From Spirochaetales bacterium (GTDB lineage Bacteria > Spirochaetota > Spirochaetia > JABEVK01): a DNA stretch of 64,000 bases. The notes beneath the pieces are model-generated. The model saw only the letters and a program-made list of their open reading frames with translations, searched no databases and had not been told where the DNA came from. The position numbers were made by a program, and so were the translations under genes. Below, one piece after another: positions 1 through 8,130 of the stretch (position 1 is the first letter of the stretch; every line of letters begins with the position of its first letter). Where the stretch lies: assembly GCA_037142615.1 (NCBI GenBank), contig JBAXAI010000007.1, positions 80,150 through 144,149 of the forward strand, written 5' to 3'.

Positions 1-165
1 CAGGTTCAGGCTCTCGGCTTCTGCATCGAAAACCTCGAAGAAGCCGTGGTAGTCAAACGCGAGCTGAGTAAGGCCGAGCTGAAAAAGCACCTGATCCAGG
101 GTGCCAGAATTCCGGGGGCCGAGTTGGTTCCTGGGCAAGACGAACTGACCGTCACCGCCGAGTGA
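1..165 (+). CDS. 3' end of a phage Gam / Siphovirus Gp157-like protein (partial)
   Basis: Frame 1 reads ...EAVVVKRELSKAELKKHLIQGARIPGAELVPGQDELTVTAE*, resembling the C-terminus of Gp157/Gam-like proteins; directly upstream of an SSB-like gene. Confidence 0.5.
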   Translation, partial: QVQALGFCIENLEEAVVVKRELSKAELKKHLIQGARIPGAELVPGQDELTVTAE

Positions 166-178
166 CAAGGAGATTCAA

Positions 179-475
179 GTGTATGACCTAAATAGTGTAC
201 TAGTTGAAGGACGCATCGAAAACATTAAGGCCAAGAAGGACCACACCGGCTTCTGGGTGGAAATCCGCAACCGACGCCCGAAGCAGATGGAAGACGAATC
301 CATGTCGCACCGGTTCCGCATCGAAGTCGGGTCAAACCTTCGCGGCTGCCCGCCGGAACGCTTCCATGTCGGGCGTTCGGTCCGTGTGGTTGGCCACCTG
401 AGACGGGAATCTCGGCTTGGCCCCTTTGTCAAAGCCGAGTGCGTCGAGTTCAAAGGCCCTGAGGTGTTGGTTTGA
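179..475 (+). CDS. Single-stranded DNA-binding (SSB/PriB-like OB-fold) protein
   Basis: LNSVLVEGRI N-terminus, GRSVRVVGHLR and AECVEFK match the SSB OB fold; AGGAG RBS at 168-172; GTG start; no acidic tail. Confidence 0.7.
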   Translation: MYDLNSVLVEGRIENIKAKKDHTGFWVEIRNRRPKQMEDESMSHRFRIEVGSNLRGCPPERFHVGRSVRVVGHLRRESRLGPFVKAECVEFKGPEVLV

Positions 476-591
476 AACCTGAACCGCCCCAGTTGCCCGA
501 TCCCGTCGTCTGGGTGGTGGTCGCAGCCGTCGGCTCGGCCGTTTCCTGGCTGTTGGACAAGTTCTTCGGAGAGGAAGAAGGCAGGAACTAG
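472..591 (+). CDS. Small single-transmembrane protein (39 aa)
   Basis: TTG start overlaps the ssb stop (TTGA); GAGGT RBS at 461-465; translation MKPEPPQLPDPVVWVVVAAVGSAVSWLLDKFFGEEEGRN; ends just before a terminator hairpin. Confidence 0.55.
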   Translation: MKPEPPQLPDPVVWVVVAAVGSAVSWLLDKFFGEEEGRN

Positions 592-595
592 AGAA

Positions 596-619
596 GCCTC
601 CTCGCTTCGGCGAGGAGGC
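596..619. terminator. Hairpin between convergent genes (probable terminator)
   Basis: Perfect 10-bp stem GCCTCCTCGC-TTCG-GCGAGGAGGC followed by CTATTTT. Confidence 0.7.
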
Positions 620-964
620 CTATTTTGCCGACTTCTTGGCGTGGGCTTGCCGGTACTCATCAGTGAACTGACGAACTTTGGCAGCAAGCTGATCGAGAAA
701 GTCCTCGGAAACGGCGGCCGAAACGAGTTCCTCCCGCTGTGAATCGACGAGGGGATCAAGAAACAGTTCGTAGGGACGAATACCAAGTCCAAGCGCCAGA
801 TCGGAGAGCTTCTGTTCCGAAGGGAACTTTTTGCCGGATTCCAGCAGGTTCAAGTAAGGCGTGGAAAGACCAACCTTCGCCGCCAGAGCTTCCTGGGTAA
901 TTCCCAAGGCTCGGCGAAAAGCCTTGATGTTGGCACCCAATAGTCTCGAAAGATCCGTTGCCAT
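620..964 (-). CDS. XRE-family helix-turn-helix transcriptional regulator
   Basis: LGANIKAFRRALGITQEALAAKVGLSTPYLNLLESGKKFPS is a classic HTH_3 domain; AGGAGG RBS before ATG 964. Confidence 0.9.
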   Translation of the reverse strand: MATDLSRLLGANIKAFRRALGITQEALAAKVGLSTPYLNLLESGKKFPSEQKLSDLALGLGIRPYELFLDPLVDSQREELVSAAVSEDFLDQLAAKVRQFTDEYRQAHAKKSAK

Positions 965-1012
965 GGGCGCCTCCTGTGACGCCATGATCCGATGGACAGG
1001 TTATTCGTTCAA

Positions 1013-1045
1013 TTATCCATTGGATAACCTATTTACCATTGGAAA
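1013..1045. promoter_or_regulatory. Two palindromic operator-like boxes between the divergent XRE and lipoprotein genes
   Basis: TTATCCA-T-TGGATAA (1013-1027, perfect) and the related TTTACCATTGGAAA (1032-1045), in an AT-rich divergent intergenic region. Confidence 0.45.
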
Positions 1046-1168
1046 TCTTTCCACTATTCTCTCTTGACCACATTCGTTTCCGCCAGGCGGATGACGAAGG
1101 GTCGCTTCACTTCCAATCCATGTTCGGATTGGTTCAATCAGAGCTTCCACGGGAAGCAAGGAGTATTC

Positions 1169-2236
1169 ATGAAGACTTTCGCCCTCGGGCTTCTCGCAAT
1201 TCTCGCAACCCTGACGCTGAGTGGATGTGGAGGTAAGGCGGTGACCTTTGATGTCGCACCTCTCGACGTTCTGGTCTTTCCCTCTGTTGGAGAAGGCGTT
1301 GTCACTTACAAGGGTACACAGGTCTATCTACCGGCTGTTGAGAACACCTACCTACAGAAGGTGGCGAGTGTCGTGGTCCCGGCCTTCAACGACCGGAGGA
1401 AACTTTCCGTCGACGAAGTCACCAGCCTTGGCAAGGCACTTGAAGAATACCAGGCTGAGGTCACTGCGAACTCGAACAAAATCATCGGCGAACTGGCTGC
1501 GTTCTACGTTGGGTATGCCAACACCGACGCCGCTATCGATGCCCACATGAAGCAGGTGAATTATTTGCAGGCTGGGTTGAACGCGCTCAAATTGACCAAG
1601 ACGCGAAAGGATTTTCAGTCGGACCGAGACTTCAACTTCTACCTCGGGACTCTTTTCACTCCCCAGGACTATGGAAGCGACCATACGGCCAACTATGAGG
1701 CTCGGTATCTCCTCGGGTACGCGAATCAGGTCCTCAAGATGGATATCAAGCATCCCGACATGTCCGAGTGGCCGATCACCTACCTGAAAGGCTTCGAAAT
1801 CCGCAACGACAAACACAAAGACGAGCGGTCTTCAAAACCAGTCCAGACGGTGACTTTGGCGATGCCGACGCCGGTTTGGCAGGCAATTCACGCGGTTGCA
1901 GTCAAGCTAGTCGCCCTCGGTGAGAATGGACTGACAGAAGAAAACTACGCCTCACCGTCCCTGAACCGCGGCGAGATTGTCGATTCCGTTTCAAGACTTG
2001 CTGACGATGCAAGACGAGTCCTCACGGACATGGGGTATACCATGACCGATGGCCAGGCCTACAACGCGGCCGTGAACATTTGGTCCTACCCGGAACTATC
2101 GGATCCGTCGGTCCTCTACATGTATGGCGATTCTGAGCAATTTCTTGCTCAATTCATGCCTGTCGCAAATCAGCCATTCTTCGACGCGACCCAGAATGAC
2201 ATGTGGTATTCCGCCGCCCAGTTTGCAAAGTACTGA
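1169..2236 (+). CDS. Lipoprotein of unknown function (element cargo)
   Basis: AAGGAG RBS; signal MKTFALGLLAILATLTLSG-C with lipobox; followed by an intrinsic terminator. Confidence 0.75.
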   Translation: MKTFALGLLAILATLTLSGCGGKAVTFDVAPLDVLVFPSVGEGVVTYKGTQVYLPAVENTYLQKVASVVVPAFNDRRKLSVDEVTSLGKALEEYQAEVTANSNKIIGELAAFYVGYANTDAAIDAHMKQVNYLQAGLNALKLTKTRKDFQSDRDFNFYLGTLFTPQDYGSDHTANYEARYLLGYANQVLKMDIKHPDMSEWPITYLKGFEIRNDKHKDERSSKPVQTVTLAMPTPVWQAIHAVAVKLVALGENGLTEENYASPSLNRGEIVDSVSRLADDARRVLTDMGYTMTDGQAYNAAVNIWSYPELSDPSVLYMYGDSEQFLAQFMPVANQPFFDATQNDMWYSAAQFAKY

Positions 2237-2268
2237 AGATCACTAGCTGGCAAACTACCGTTCGCGAC

Positions 2269-2295
2269 AGAGCCCCTCACGGGGTTCTTTTTTTT
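2269..2295 (+). terminator. Rho-independent terminator
   Basis: AGAGCCCC-TCAC-GGGGTTCT stem followed by a T run. Confidence 0.8.
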
Positions 2296-2380
2296 CAAGA
2301 GGGGGCGGGTCCAATGCCCGCCCCCTCAAATCCAACCCTAGACCGTCAAATAGCGACCGAAGTGGAAATCCAGTTTCGGC

Positions 2381-2809
2381 TTAGTTCGTGTCGAGCACTT
2401 CAGCACCAAAGGCGGTAAAGATCACGTCCGAGAATATGAAGTCGTCATCAGACAAATCATCCGTCTGTTCAGCCCAGAGCTGTTGGATTGCACTTTGAAG
2501 CAGTCCATACGAATCGATTGGCACACCCAAGTGCGGGCCGCCCGGTTCACGGCTTGCTTCTTTGCGATGCCGTGAGATTGTTCCTTGTAGGTTGAAAATG
2601 TAGATATCGATCAGAAGAAAAATCAGCGCTTCTTGGGATTTGAGTTGCCAGAGTGCTTCAGGGGCGACGCCCATCGCCTTTGGTGGTCCATGCTCGATAA
2701 CGAAGGCGTAGGTGGTCTCAAGCTTCTTTCGAACCTTTGCTACCTGGCCAAGGAAATACTGGTCGCGATGAAAGTCGTGAAAGAGTTCGAACTTTTCCCT
2801 ACTGTCCAT
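2381..2809 (-). CDS. Hypothetical protein (142 aa)
   Basis: GGAGG RBS before ATG 2809 (MDSREKFELF...); overlaps the end of the upstream gene; no recognisable motif. Confidence 0.6.
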   Translation of the reverse strand: MDSREKFELFHDFHRDQYFLGQVAKVRKKLETTYAFVIEHGPPKAMGVAPEALWQLKSQEALIFLLIDIYIFNLQGTISRHRKEASREPGGPHLGVPIDSYGLLQSAIQQLWAEQTDDLSDDDFIFSDVIFTAFGAEVLDTN

Positions 2810-3701
2810 AACGTCCTCCTTCCAAGGCAGTCGATGGCTTACGAACACCGACTGCAGCCAGGTGTGGGACACCAGCGTCACGAAGGATACGAGCGAGCAT
2901 AGGATGCGTGGAGTCGAGCAAGTCATAGTCGACCGCAAAAGTTCCTGGCGGCACTTGCCGTCGAATCGCGGCAGAGATTCGCGAGCGGTTTTTTTGGGTC
3001 CACAGTGTGAACGGGAGAAATAGATCAAGAAGGGAGAACGTCTTGAGGCGAGTTCGGTCAAGGCGGATCTCGAACCGTTGCATCGCACCGGTACCGAGCT
3101 TTTTCCCCCGAGCATACTCGACGAGTATGCTGTCAGTCCGCGACTTCGACTCCCGCCTTTCCCCCCACGATGTCTTGACGATTCGGTACCGTCGGCTCAC
3201 CGGAGGCAAGTATACAGTGCCGTGGCAGTTGTAGGCCAAATCACGATCGAGTACCCGCACCAACTTTCGCTCCGAAGGAGTGTCGAAGGGGATTTCGATT
3301 CGAAAAAGCTTGAAGCTGTTGTTGTCCAGGAAGCTGAGGAAGGCAATTGCAGAAAGCGGATTGGTCCAATCCCAAGCTGGATGGAGCATGAGGACCAGTT
3401 GTTGGGCAACGTGTGTCACGAATAGGCCATCCATCGCCGCCAACGCCCAGGCAATTGCGACCTGCGGCAGGATCGGAAGAAGAGGATGAAAGAACTCAAG
3501 ATGAACCGCAAGCTTTCGGCTCTCGCCCGCTTCGGTGACAGTAAGGAGTGCAGCGCGCTGGTATCGAGCTGCGACGTCTGCATTGAATACCGTGGCCTTG
3601 GTGATGAAGACAAACTGGTCCGGTACTGTGCCGTCCGCAGGTCGACTGGATTGGATGAACCCCTCGGGTGCCAGAAAGGGGGTACTTGGAGTTGTGGACA
3701 T
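2799..3701 (-). CDS. Hypothetical protein, possibly a Rep_trans-like replication initiator
   Basis: Ordered motifs FRIEIPFD, GTVYL, LVEYARGKK, QRFEIRL resemble Rep_trans motifs (RxDxAxD, GxTxY, YxK, RxExxL); translationally coupled to its neighbours. Confidence 0.45.
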   Translation of the reverse strand: MSTTPSTPFLAPEGFIQSSRPADGTVPDQFVFITKATVFNADVAARYQRAALLTVTEAGESRKLAVHLEFFHPLLPILPQVAIAWALAAMDGLFVTHVAQQLVLMLHPAWDWTNPLSAIAFLSFLDNNSFKLFRIEIPFDTPSERKLVRVLDRDLAYNCHGTVYLPPVSRRYRIVKTSWGERRESKSRTDSILVEYARGKKLGTGAMQRFEIRLDRTRLKTFSLLDLFLPFTLWTQKNRSRISAAIRRQVPPGTFAVDYDLLDSTHPMLARILRDAGVPHLAAVGVRKPSTALEGGRYGQ

Positions 3702-4234
3702 TAGGAAGCCCCCCGCGAAGCACCAGATCCTGGGGATTTCTGTGCAAGAAAGGCCGCCCTTGCAGGGGCGGACAGAAGGTTTCTCGAAAAGAGAACCTCA
3801 ATGATTTGATTGAGAAAGTTGGTTTGATCCGAGTCGAGCAGAATGGTATGGTTCCCGGAAGGAACTCCGTTTTGCAGGAAGAAGACCAGCGCCTCGCTGG
3901 CATCGGTCAAAGAGTTCGCGGACTTTCCGAAAGAGGCATCGCGTTTGGCAATGAGAGCGGCTCGGTAGGCTGTGGCCATCGTCGTCTTGCCGGCACGGAG
4001 CATGTCCAGTACTTTGATAGGAGCATGTCGACGAATGGATCGGCAACGCTCGATTGTTCGGGCTGAGCACCCGATTTGCGGCGCAACTGCGGCTGAGGAG
4101 CGTCCGGAGGGCGCCAGGGAAGTGCCTTCGCCAGGCTTTTTGCCAAGCTCGGGGCCGCGCGAATACGTGAAGTCAATGGACTCCACGGCGCGAAAAATGA
4201 GACCGTCGCGTCGCGCTCGGTCTTTTTCGGTCAT
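3701..4234 (-). CDS. HTH DNA-binding protein (similar to ParB/Spo0J C-terminal HTH region)
   Basis: GRSSAAVAPQIGCSARTIERCRSIRRHAP...LRAGKTTMATAY; start overlaps the excisionase stop (TGATG). Confidence 0.55.
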   Translation of the reverse strand: MTEKDRARRDGLIFRAVESIDFTYSRGPELGKKPGEGTSLAPSGRSSAAVAPQIGCSARTIERCRSIRRHAPIKVLDMLRAGKTTMATAYRAALIAKRDASFGKSANSLTDASEALVFFLQNGVPSGNHTILLDSDQTNFLNQIIEVLFSRNLLSAPARAAFLAQKSPGSGASRGAS

Positions 4235-4467
4235 CACAGAATGACCTCGTTCGAAGTAGTTTCGAATGCCGCTGCCGATCGGTTCTGATACACGAATCGC
4301 TTGAGATCCGACAGTCGAAAATAGAGAGTACGCCCCGTGGGCTTGAAGAACGCAATCCGCCCTGTCGAGGTGTAACGGTACAAAGTAGCGGCTGCGACTC
4401 GAAGAAATCTGCAGGCCTCTGGAAAAGTGAGTGGCTTGTCGTCGTCTGACGCACTTGGTTCCAACAT
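4234..4467 (-). CDS. Excisionase-like HTH_17 protein
   Basis: LTFPEACRFLRVAAATLYRYTSTGRIAFFKPTGRTLYFRLSDL; AGGAGG RBS; next to the integrase. Confidence 0.85.
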   Translation of the reverse strand: MLEPSASDDDKPLTFPEACRFLRVAAATLYRYTSTGRIAFFKPTGRTLYFRLSDLKRFVYQNRSAAAFETTSNEVIL

Positions 4468-4539
4468 GGGAAACCTCCTGCAAACGAAGGTACCCTGCTT
4501 CAACGAAAGAGCATATTTGGGTAAAGTTTACCCCCAAAT

Positions 4540-5721
4540 CTATTTGGCTTGCATGGCACCGAGCGCAGCGAACACCTTGTCCTGTGCCGTTCGTACCTCG
4601 ACCAAATGCTCCTCAAGCTGGTGGCTGTAGTTCTGAGTCATGGCTTCCGTCTGGTGGCCCGTCGTGGATCTGAGTGCAACGTCTGAGGCTTTGCCGCGGA
4701 TCATCGTATTGTACCAGTGCCTCCAGGAATGAAAGTCGACGCCGCGGTCGACCCGTTCCTTTTTGCTCATCATCCCGGCCTTTTCCAAAGCCTCCGAGAT
4801 CGACTGGCTGGTGATGTAGAACGGCAGTTCACCAAAGACAAAGTCATCAGGTTTCTTGTCCTTGCAGAGCGTGGCAAGCGCAGTTGCCGTTGCCTTGGGT
4901 AGCGGGATGAATCGAAATCCGCGCTCGCCGGTCTTGGTGTCCTCGGCAAAGCCAACCTTGGCACGCTTGACGCCGCGAATCTCGATGCGGTCGTCGTGGA
5001 CGTATTTCACCTTGAGGCCGAGAAGTTCGCCAGCCCTGGCCCCGGTGGTGGCAGCGGTCAAGTTGAGGGCCCATAGAACCGGAGTCTCGAAATGGGCCGG
5101 GTTGGCCAGAAGTTGAAAGGCCTCTTTGGGCGTCAGCATGCCCCTCGCCGTCTTCTTCAGCTGAACAGCCTGGACCTTTTCGAACGGACTCGAGTCGAGG
5201 TCACCCAGCCGTACTGCTTCAGCATAGACAGCCTTCATGGCCAGAATGATTTGGTTCGTCATCTTCGTCGACAGTGGCTTGGTACCGTCTGAGGGATCAC
5301 CTTTGGACTTGAGGGTGATCAGGGCTTCAATGTCGCGAACAGTGAGCTCGTCCAGGCGCTTCTTGCCGTAGACGGGCCACCAGTGCAGTTCTAGGGTTCT
5401 GTGGTTGGCGTTGCAGTAAGCGGGAGTGAGCCTTTTTCGGAGCAGGGCACTCTGAACCCGTGGGCCATCGAACTTCCAGAACTCGGCACTGTAAGACTCG
5501 ATGGTTGGAACTCGGCTCTTTGTCTCGGGCAGCAATTTGCCCAGTTTGTGAAGTTCCATCAGGTAGGCGGTGGCTTCGGTCTTGGTTGACTTGCCGGTGG
5601 CAATGGTCCGCAATTTGCCTGTCTCGTCCTTAATACGGTACGAGTACATCGTGATCACCTTGCCCGATTCCAAGGTGATTTTCCTCTTGAGCAGCGAATA
5701 GGGAAGTGCTCTTCGACCCAT
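4540..5721 (-). CDS. Tyrosine recombinase / integrase
   Basis: Catalytic R (TGARAGEL), HxxR (FHSWRH), H (GHQT) and Y (TQNY); N-terminal arm-binding region; adjacent to a tRNA. Confidence 0.95.
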   Translation of the reverse strand: MGRRALPYSLLKRKITLESGKVITMYSYRIKDETGKLRTIATGKSTKTEATAYLMELHKLGKLLPETKSRVPTIESYSAEFWKFDGPRVQSALLRKRLTPAYCNANHRTLELHWWPVYGKKRLDELTVRDIEALITLKSKGDPSDGTKPLSTKMTNQIILAMKAVYAEAVRLGDLDSSPFEKVQAVQLKKTARGMLTPKEAFQLLANPAHFETPVLWALNLTAATTGARAGELLGLKVKYVHDDRIEIRGVKRAKVGFAEDTKTGERGFRFIPLPKATATALATLCKDKKPDDFVFGELPFYITSQSISEALEKAGMMSKKERVDRGVDFHSWRHWYNTMIRGKASDVALRSTTGHQTEAMTQNYSHQLEEHLVEVRTAQDKVFAALGAMQAK

Positions 5722-5772
5722 ACCCCAATTCTACTGCGGCTGAATAAAAGTAACAATACAGGTAACAGTGCA

Positions 5773-5803
5773 AAGAAAAGGCCCTGCAAATCCTTGCAGG
5801 GCC
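5773..5803 (-). terminator. Terminator downstream of tRNA-Cys
   Basis: GGCCCTGCAA-(4 nt)-TTGCAGGGCC stem followed by TTTTCTTT on the minus strand. Confidence 0.75.
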
Positions 5804-5815
5804 AAGACTTAAGAA

Positions 5816-5887
5816 AGGCACCGAGCGGATTCGAACCGCTGAATGAAGCTTTTGCAGAGCTCTCCCTTACCACTTGGGTACGGCGCC
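5816..5887 (-). tRNA. tRNA-Cys (GCA)
   Basis: GGCGCCGTACCCAAGTGGTAAGGGA-GAGCT-CTGCAAA-AGCTT...GGTTCGAATCC...GGTGCCT; cloverleaf; CCA not encoded. Confidence 0.95.
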
Positions 5888-5896
5888 ATTGGTCGG

Positions 5897-6036
5897 CACC
5901 CGCTTTTCGGACTACTGCGGCGGTTCCGGCCGGCGCCCCCTCCTTCTTCGGTGCTCACGTACCAGCGTACGCTCCGCTCCTCAGCTCGTCGGGGTCTTGT
6001 CCGGATCCGTCCTCGCGACGTCCCAAAACCGGGTGT
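5897..6036. repeat. Long imperfect palindromic (REP/MITE-like) element in the tRNA-Cys leader
   Basis: Ends CACCCGCTTTTCGGAC / GTCCCAAAACCGGGTG pair; inner arms also pair; central GCTCACGTAC-CAGC-GTACGCTCCGC hairpin. Confidence 0.5.
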
Positions 6037-6125
6037 GGTGTTCAGGCCCTTTCCAAGGCCGTCTCACCAGCGAAAGTGAATATACAAAAAACCTCGGGGG
6101 GTGTCCAGCGGGATTGGGAAAATGC

Positions 6126-6731
6126 CTAGTGGACTTCCTTTTGGGTAGCGATGACAAAGGCGATCAGGTCGTCGAGGGCGAGCCCGGCGGACTCGGCTCC
6201 TTCGGCGATGTCCTGGCGGTCCACCTGGGCGGCAAAGCCGACGTTCTTCAGCTTCTTCTTCACGGAGCTGACCTCCATGCCGTTGTAGCCTTCGGGCCGA
6301 ACAAGGCTGCAAGCATGAACAAAACCGGACAGTTCATCGACGGCAAAGATCATTCGGTCGAGGTTGGTCTTGGCGGCGACGCCAAAATGGCGCGGACCGT
6401 GCGCAGCGATGCCGTGGATCAACTCGGGGTCATAATGCCCTTCTTCCAAGTGCGAGATGACCTTTTGAGGGTGAGTTTCGGGCCACTTGTCACAGTCGGC
6501 ATCGTGCAGCAGGCCCGCCAGGTACCATTTGTCAACTTCGGCAGGTGCCAAGGAGAGTTTGTCGCGGGCCCAAACCTCGAGCAGGGCGGCCACTTGGCGC
6601 ATGTGCAGACGCAAGCGGTCGTTGGCCACCCAATTGCCTAGCAGCGCCAAAGCCTCGGTCCGTGAGGGCAACCGCCCCAGGTCTTCACTCCGGCCAAACT
6701 CATCACGGCCAATCAGCAGGGAATCGTCCAT
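6126..6731 (-). CDS. HD-domain (HDIG-type) hydrolase
   Basis: H...GLLHDAD...H...IAAH...AVDELSG...SVKKKLK..FAAQVDR pattern of the HD hydrolase family. Confidence 0.85.
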   Translation of the reverse strand: MDDSLLIGRDEFGRSEDLGRLPSRTEALALLGNWVANDRLRLHMRQVAALLEVWARDKLSLAPAEVDKWYLAGLLHDADCDKWPETHPQKVISHLEEGHYDPELIHGIAAHGPRHFGVAAKTNLDRMIFAVDELSGFVHACSLVRPEGYNGMEVSSVKKKLKNVGFAAQVDRQDIAEGAESAGLALDDLIAFVIATQKEVH

Positions 6732-6811
6732 CGTTTCCTCCGCTGGCATTATAGCCGACAGCAGGCCGGTGGTTCTTGACCGGTGGGGGAAGCCCGGCTT
6801 AGGGTGGTGCG

Positions 6812-7399
6812 ATGAAAGGTTTCCAACGCCACCTGCTGGGCCTCGGTTTCGGCCTGCTCCTGTTTCCGCTGGGTGCCGAGTCCGTGCCTGTCATCGCCAA
6901 CCTTCCCAACCAAGGCCTCGAGGTCATCCAGCGCTTTGGTGGACCGGCCAAGATGGAAGTCAGCTCGGCCATGGAATCTACCGAGCCGGCGCCGCTGCTG
7001 ATTACCAATCAGGAAGACTTCCTGAACTTTCTCGCCTACCTGCCCACGGCCGACGTCACGCGCCCGACGAATCCTGGCCCCAGCCGTGACCCGCTTTTGG
7101 CAGGGCCGCGCTTCGAATGGAACCGCTACATGCTGCTGGTGGTGTTCGATTCGCAGTCACTCGCCTTCCCCCCCAACATCAACCGGGTCGAAGTGGCCAA
7201 GAGCGGCCTCACCGCCGTTGTGGAATACCCCGATACCTCTAACTTCATCGAGGCCAAGGCGCCCGAGCTCGGTTCCTACGGCGCGGCTTTGGTGACCCGC
7301 AGCAGCCTCGCCCTGCAATGGAGCAACCCGGGCCATCGGACCATCGCCCAGCACAAGGAGTCGATGATGATGTTCCTGCCGGAAAACCAGAAGAAGTGA
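6812..7399 (+). CDS. Secreted hypothetical protein, possibly PrcB_C-like
   Basis: Signal peptide; FEWNRYMLLVVF...INRVEVAKSGLTAVVEY resembles the PrcB C-terminal domain. Confidence 0.55.
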   Translation: MKGFQRHLLGLGFGLLLFPLGAESVPVIANLPNQGLEVIQRFGGPAKMEVSSAMESTEPAPLLITNQEDFLNFLAYLPTADVTRPTNPGPSRDPLLAGPRFEWNRYMLLVVFDSQSLAFPPNINRVEVAKSGLTAVVEYPDTSNFIEAKAPELGSYGAALVTRSSLALQWSNPGHRTIAQHKESMMMFLPENQKK

Positions 7400-8085
7400 G
7401 CCTCGCGTTTCGAGCTGGCGTGCTGGCGTTGGCCCTCGTGCTGCTTGTGGGAGGGCTCACCGGCGAAACGACCTACCTCCCACTCCCCGTGGCTGGAGCC
7501 GATGGCTTGGGCTTTGGTCCGGCGACGACCGCACTGGCAGGGGTGTTGGTGGGTTTCGTGGTTCCCCAGACCGGTCCCCTGACGTCGATGGCAGGGCTGA
7601 CCGCCACCTTGGGAGCCGACGGCAAACTCTCGGCTTCGCAGGCCGAAGCGTGGAAAGGGAGCGTTCCGACCAGGCCCGTCCGGGTAGAAAAAGCCGGTTA
7701 CGCCGTGGCGGGGCTCCGGGTGCTGCTCACGGTGACCGGGAGGACGGTCCGCACCCGGCAGCTGCAGGTGCTGTGGAAGCCATGGACCGACGGTGCCCTG
7801 GCCACGCCAGCCGTCTGGAGCAAGGTTTGGGGCCAAAGTGCTGGTGACAAAGACATCACCAAGATCGTGGATCTGCGGATTGCCGCCGGCGGCTGGGCTT
7901 CGGGCTGGTACGGCACCACCGAGGGCAAAGACCTGGCCCAGTTTTCGCTGGTTCAGCGTCTGGATGTGGCTCCGGTGACCCAGACGCCGCAGACGGTTCC
8001 AGCGTTGTCCCTGGAGGCTCCAGCTTTGGCGAAACCGACGGCTCCCGTGACCCCCGAGGTACCAGCTGTCAATCTCAAACGATAG
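7396..8085 (+). CDS. Exported hypothetical protein
   Basis: GTG start overlapping the upstream stop; N-terminal hydrophobic signal; Pro/Thr/Ala-rich tail. Confidence 0.55.
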   Translation: MSLAFRAGVLALALVLLVGGLTGETTYLPLPVAGADGLGFGPATTALAGVLVGFVVPQTGPLTSMAGLTATLGADGKLSASQAEAWKGSVPTRPVRVEKAGYAVAGLRVLLTVTGRTVRTRQLQVLWKPWTDGALATPAVWSKVWGQSAGDKDITKIVDLRIAAGGWASGWYGTTEGKDLAQFSLVQRLDVAPVTQTPQTVPALSLEAPALAKPTAPVTPEVPAVNLKR

Positions 8086-8130
8086 GCAAACGCGCGCCGT
8101 TTCCGGTAATCTAGCGCTCTAGAGGTGTTT

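Larger units (their letters stand above)
1..5815. mobile_element. Integrative element (prophage remnant, satellite or IME) inserted at tRNA-Cys; continues beyond the left edge
   Basis: Tyrosine integrase starts ~95 bp from the tRNA-Cys 3' end, followed by an excisionase and phage/plasmid-type genes (XRE, SSB-like, Gam/Gp157-like). The second att site is not in the window. Confidence 0.8.
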
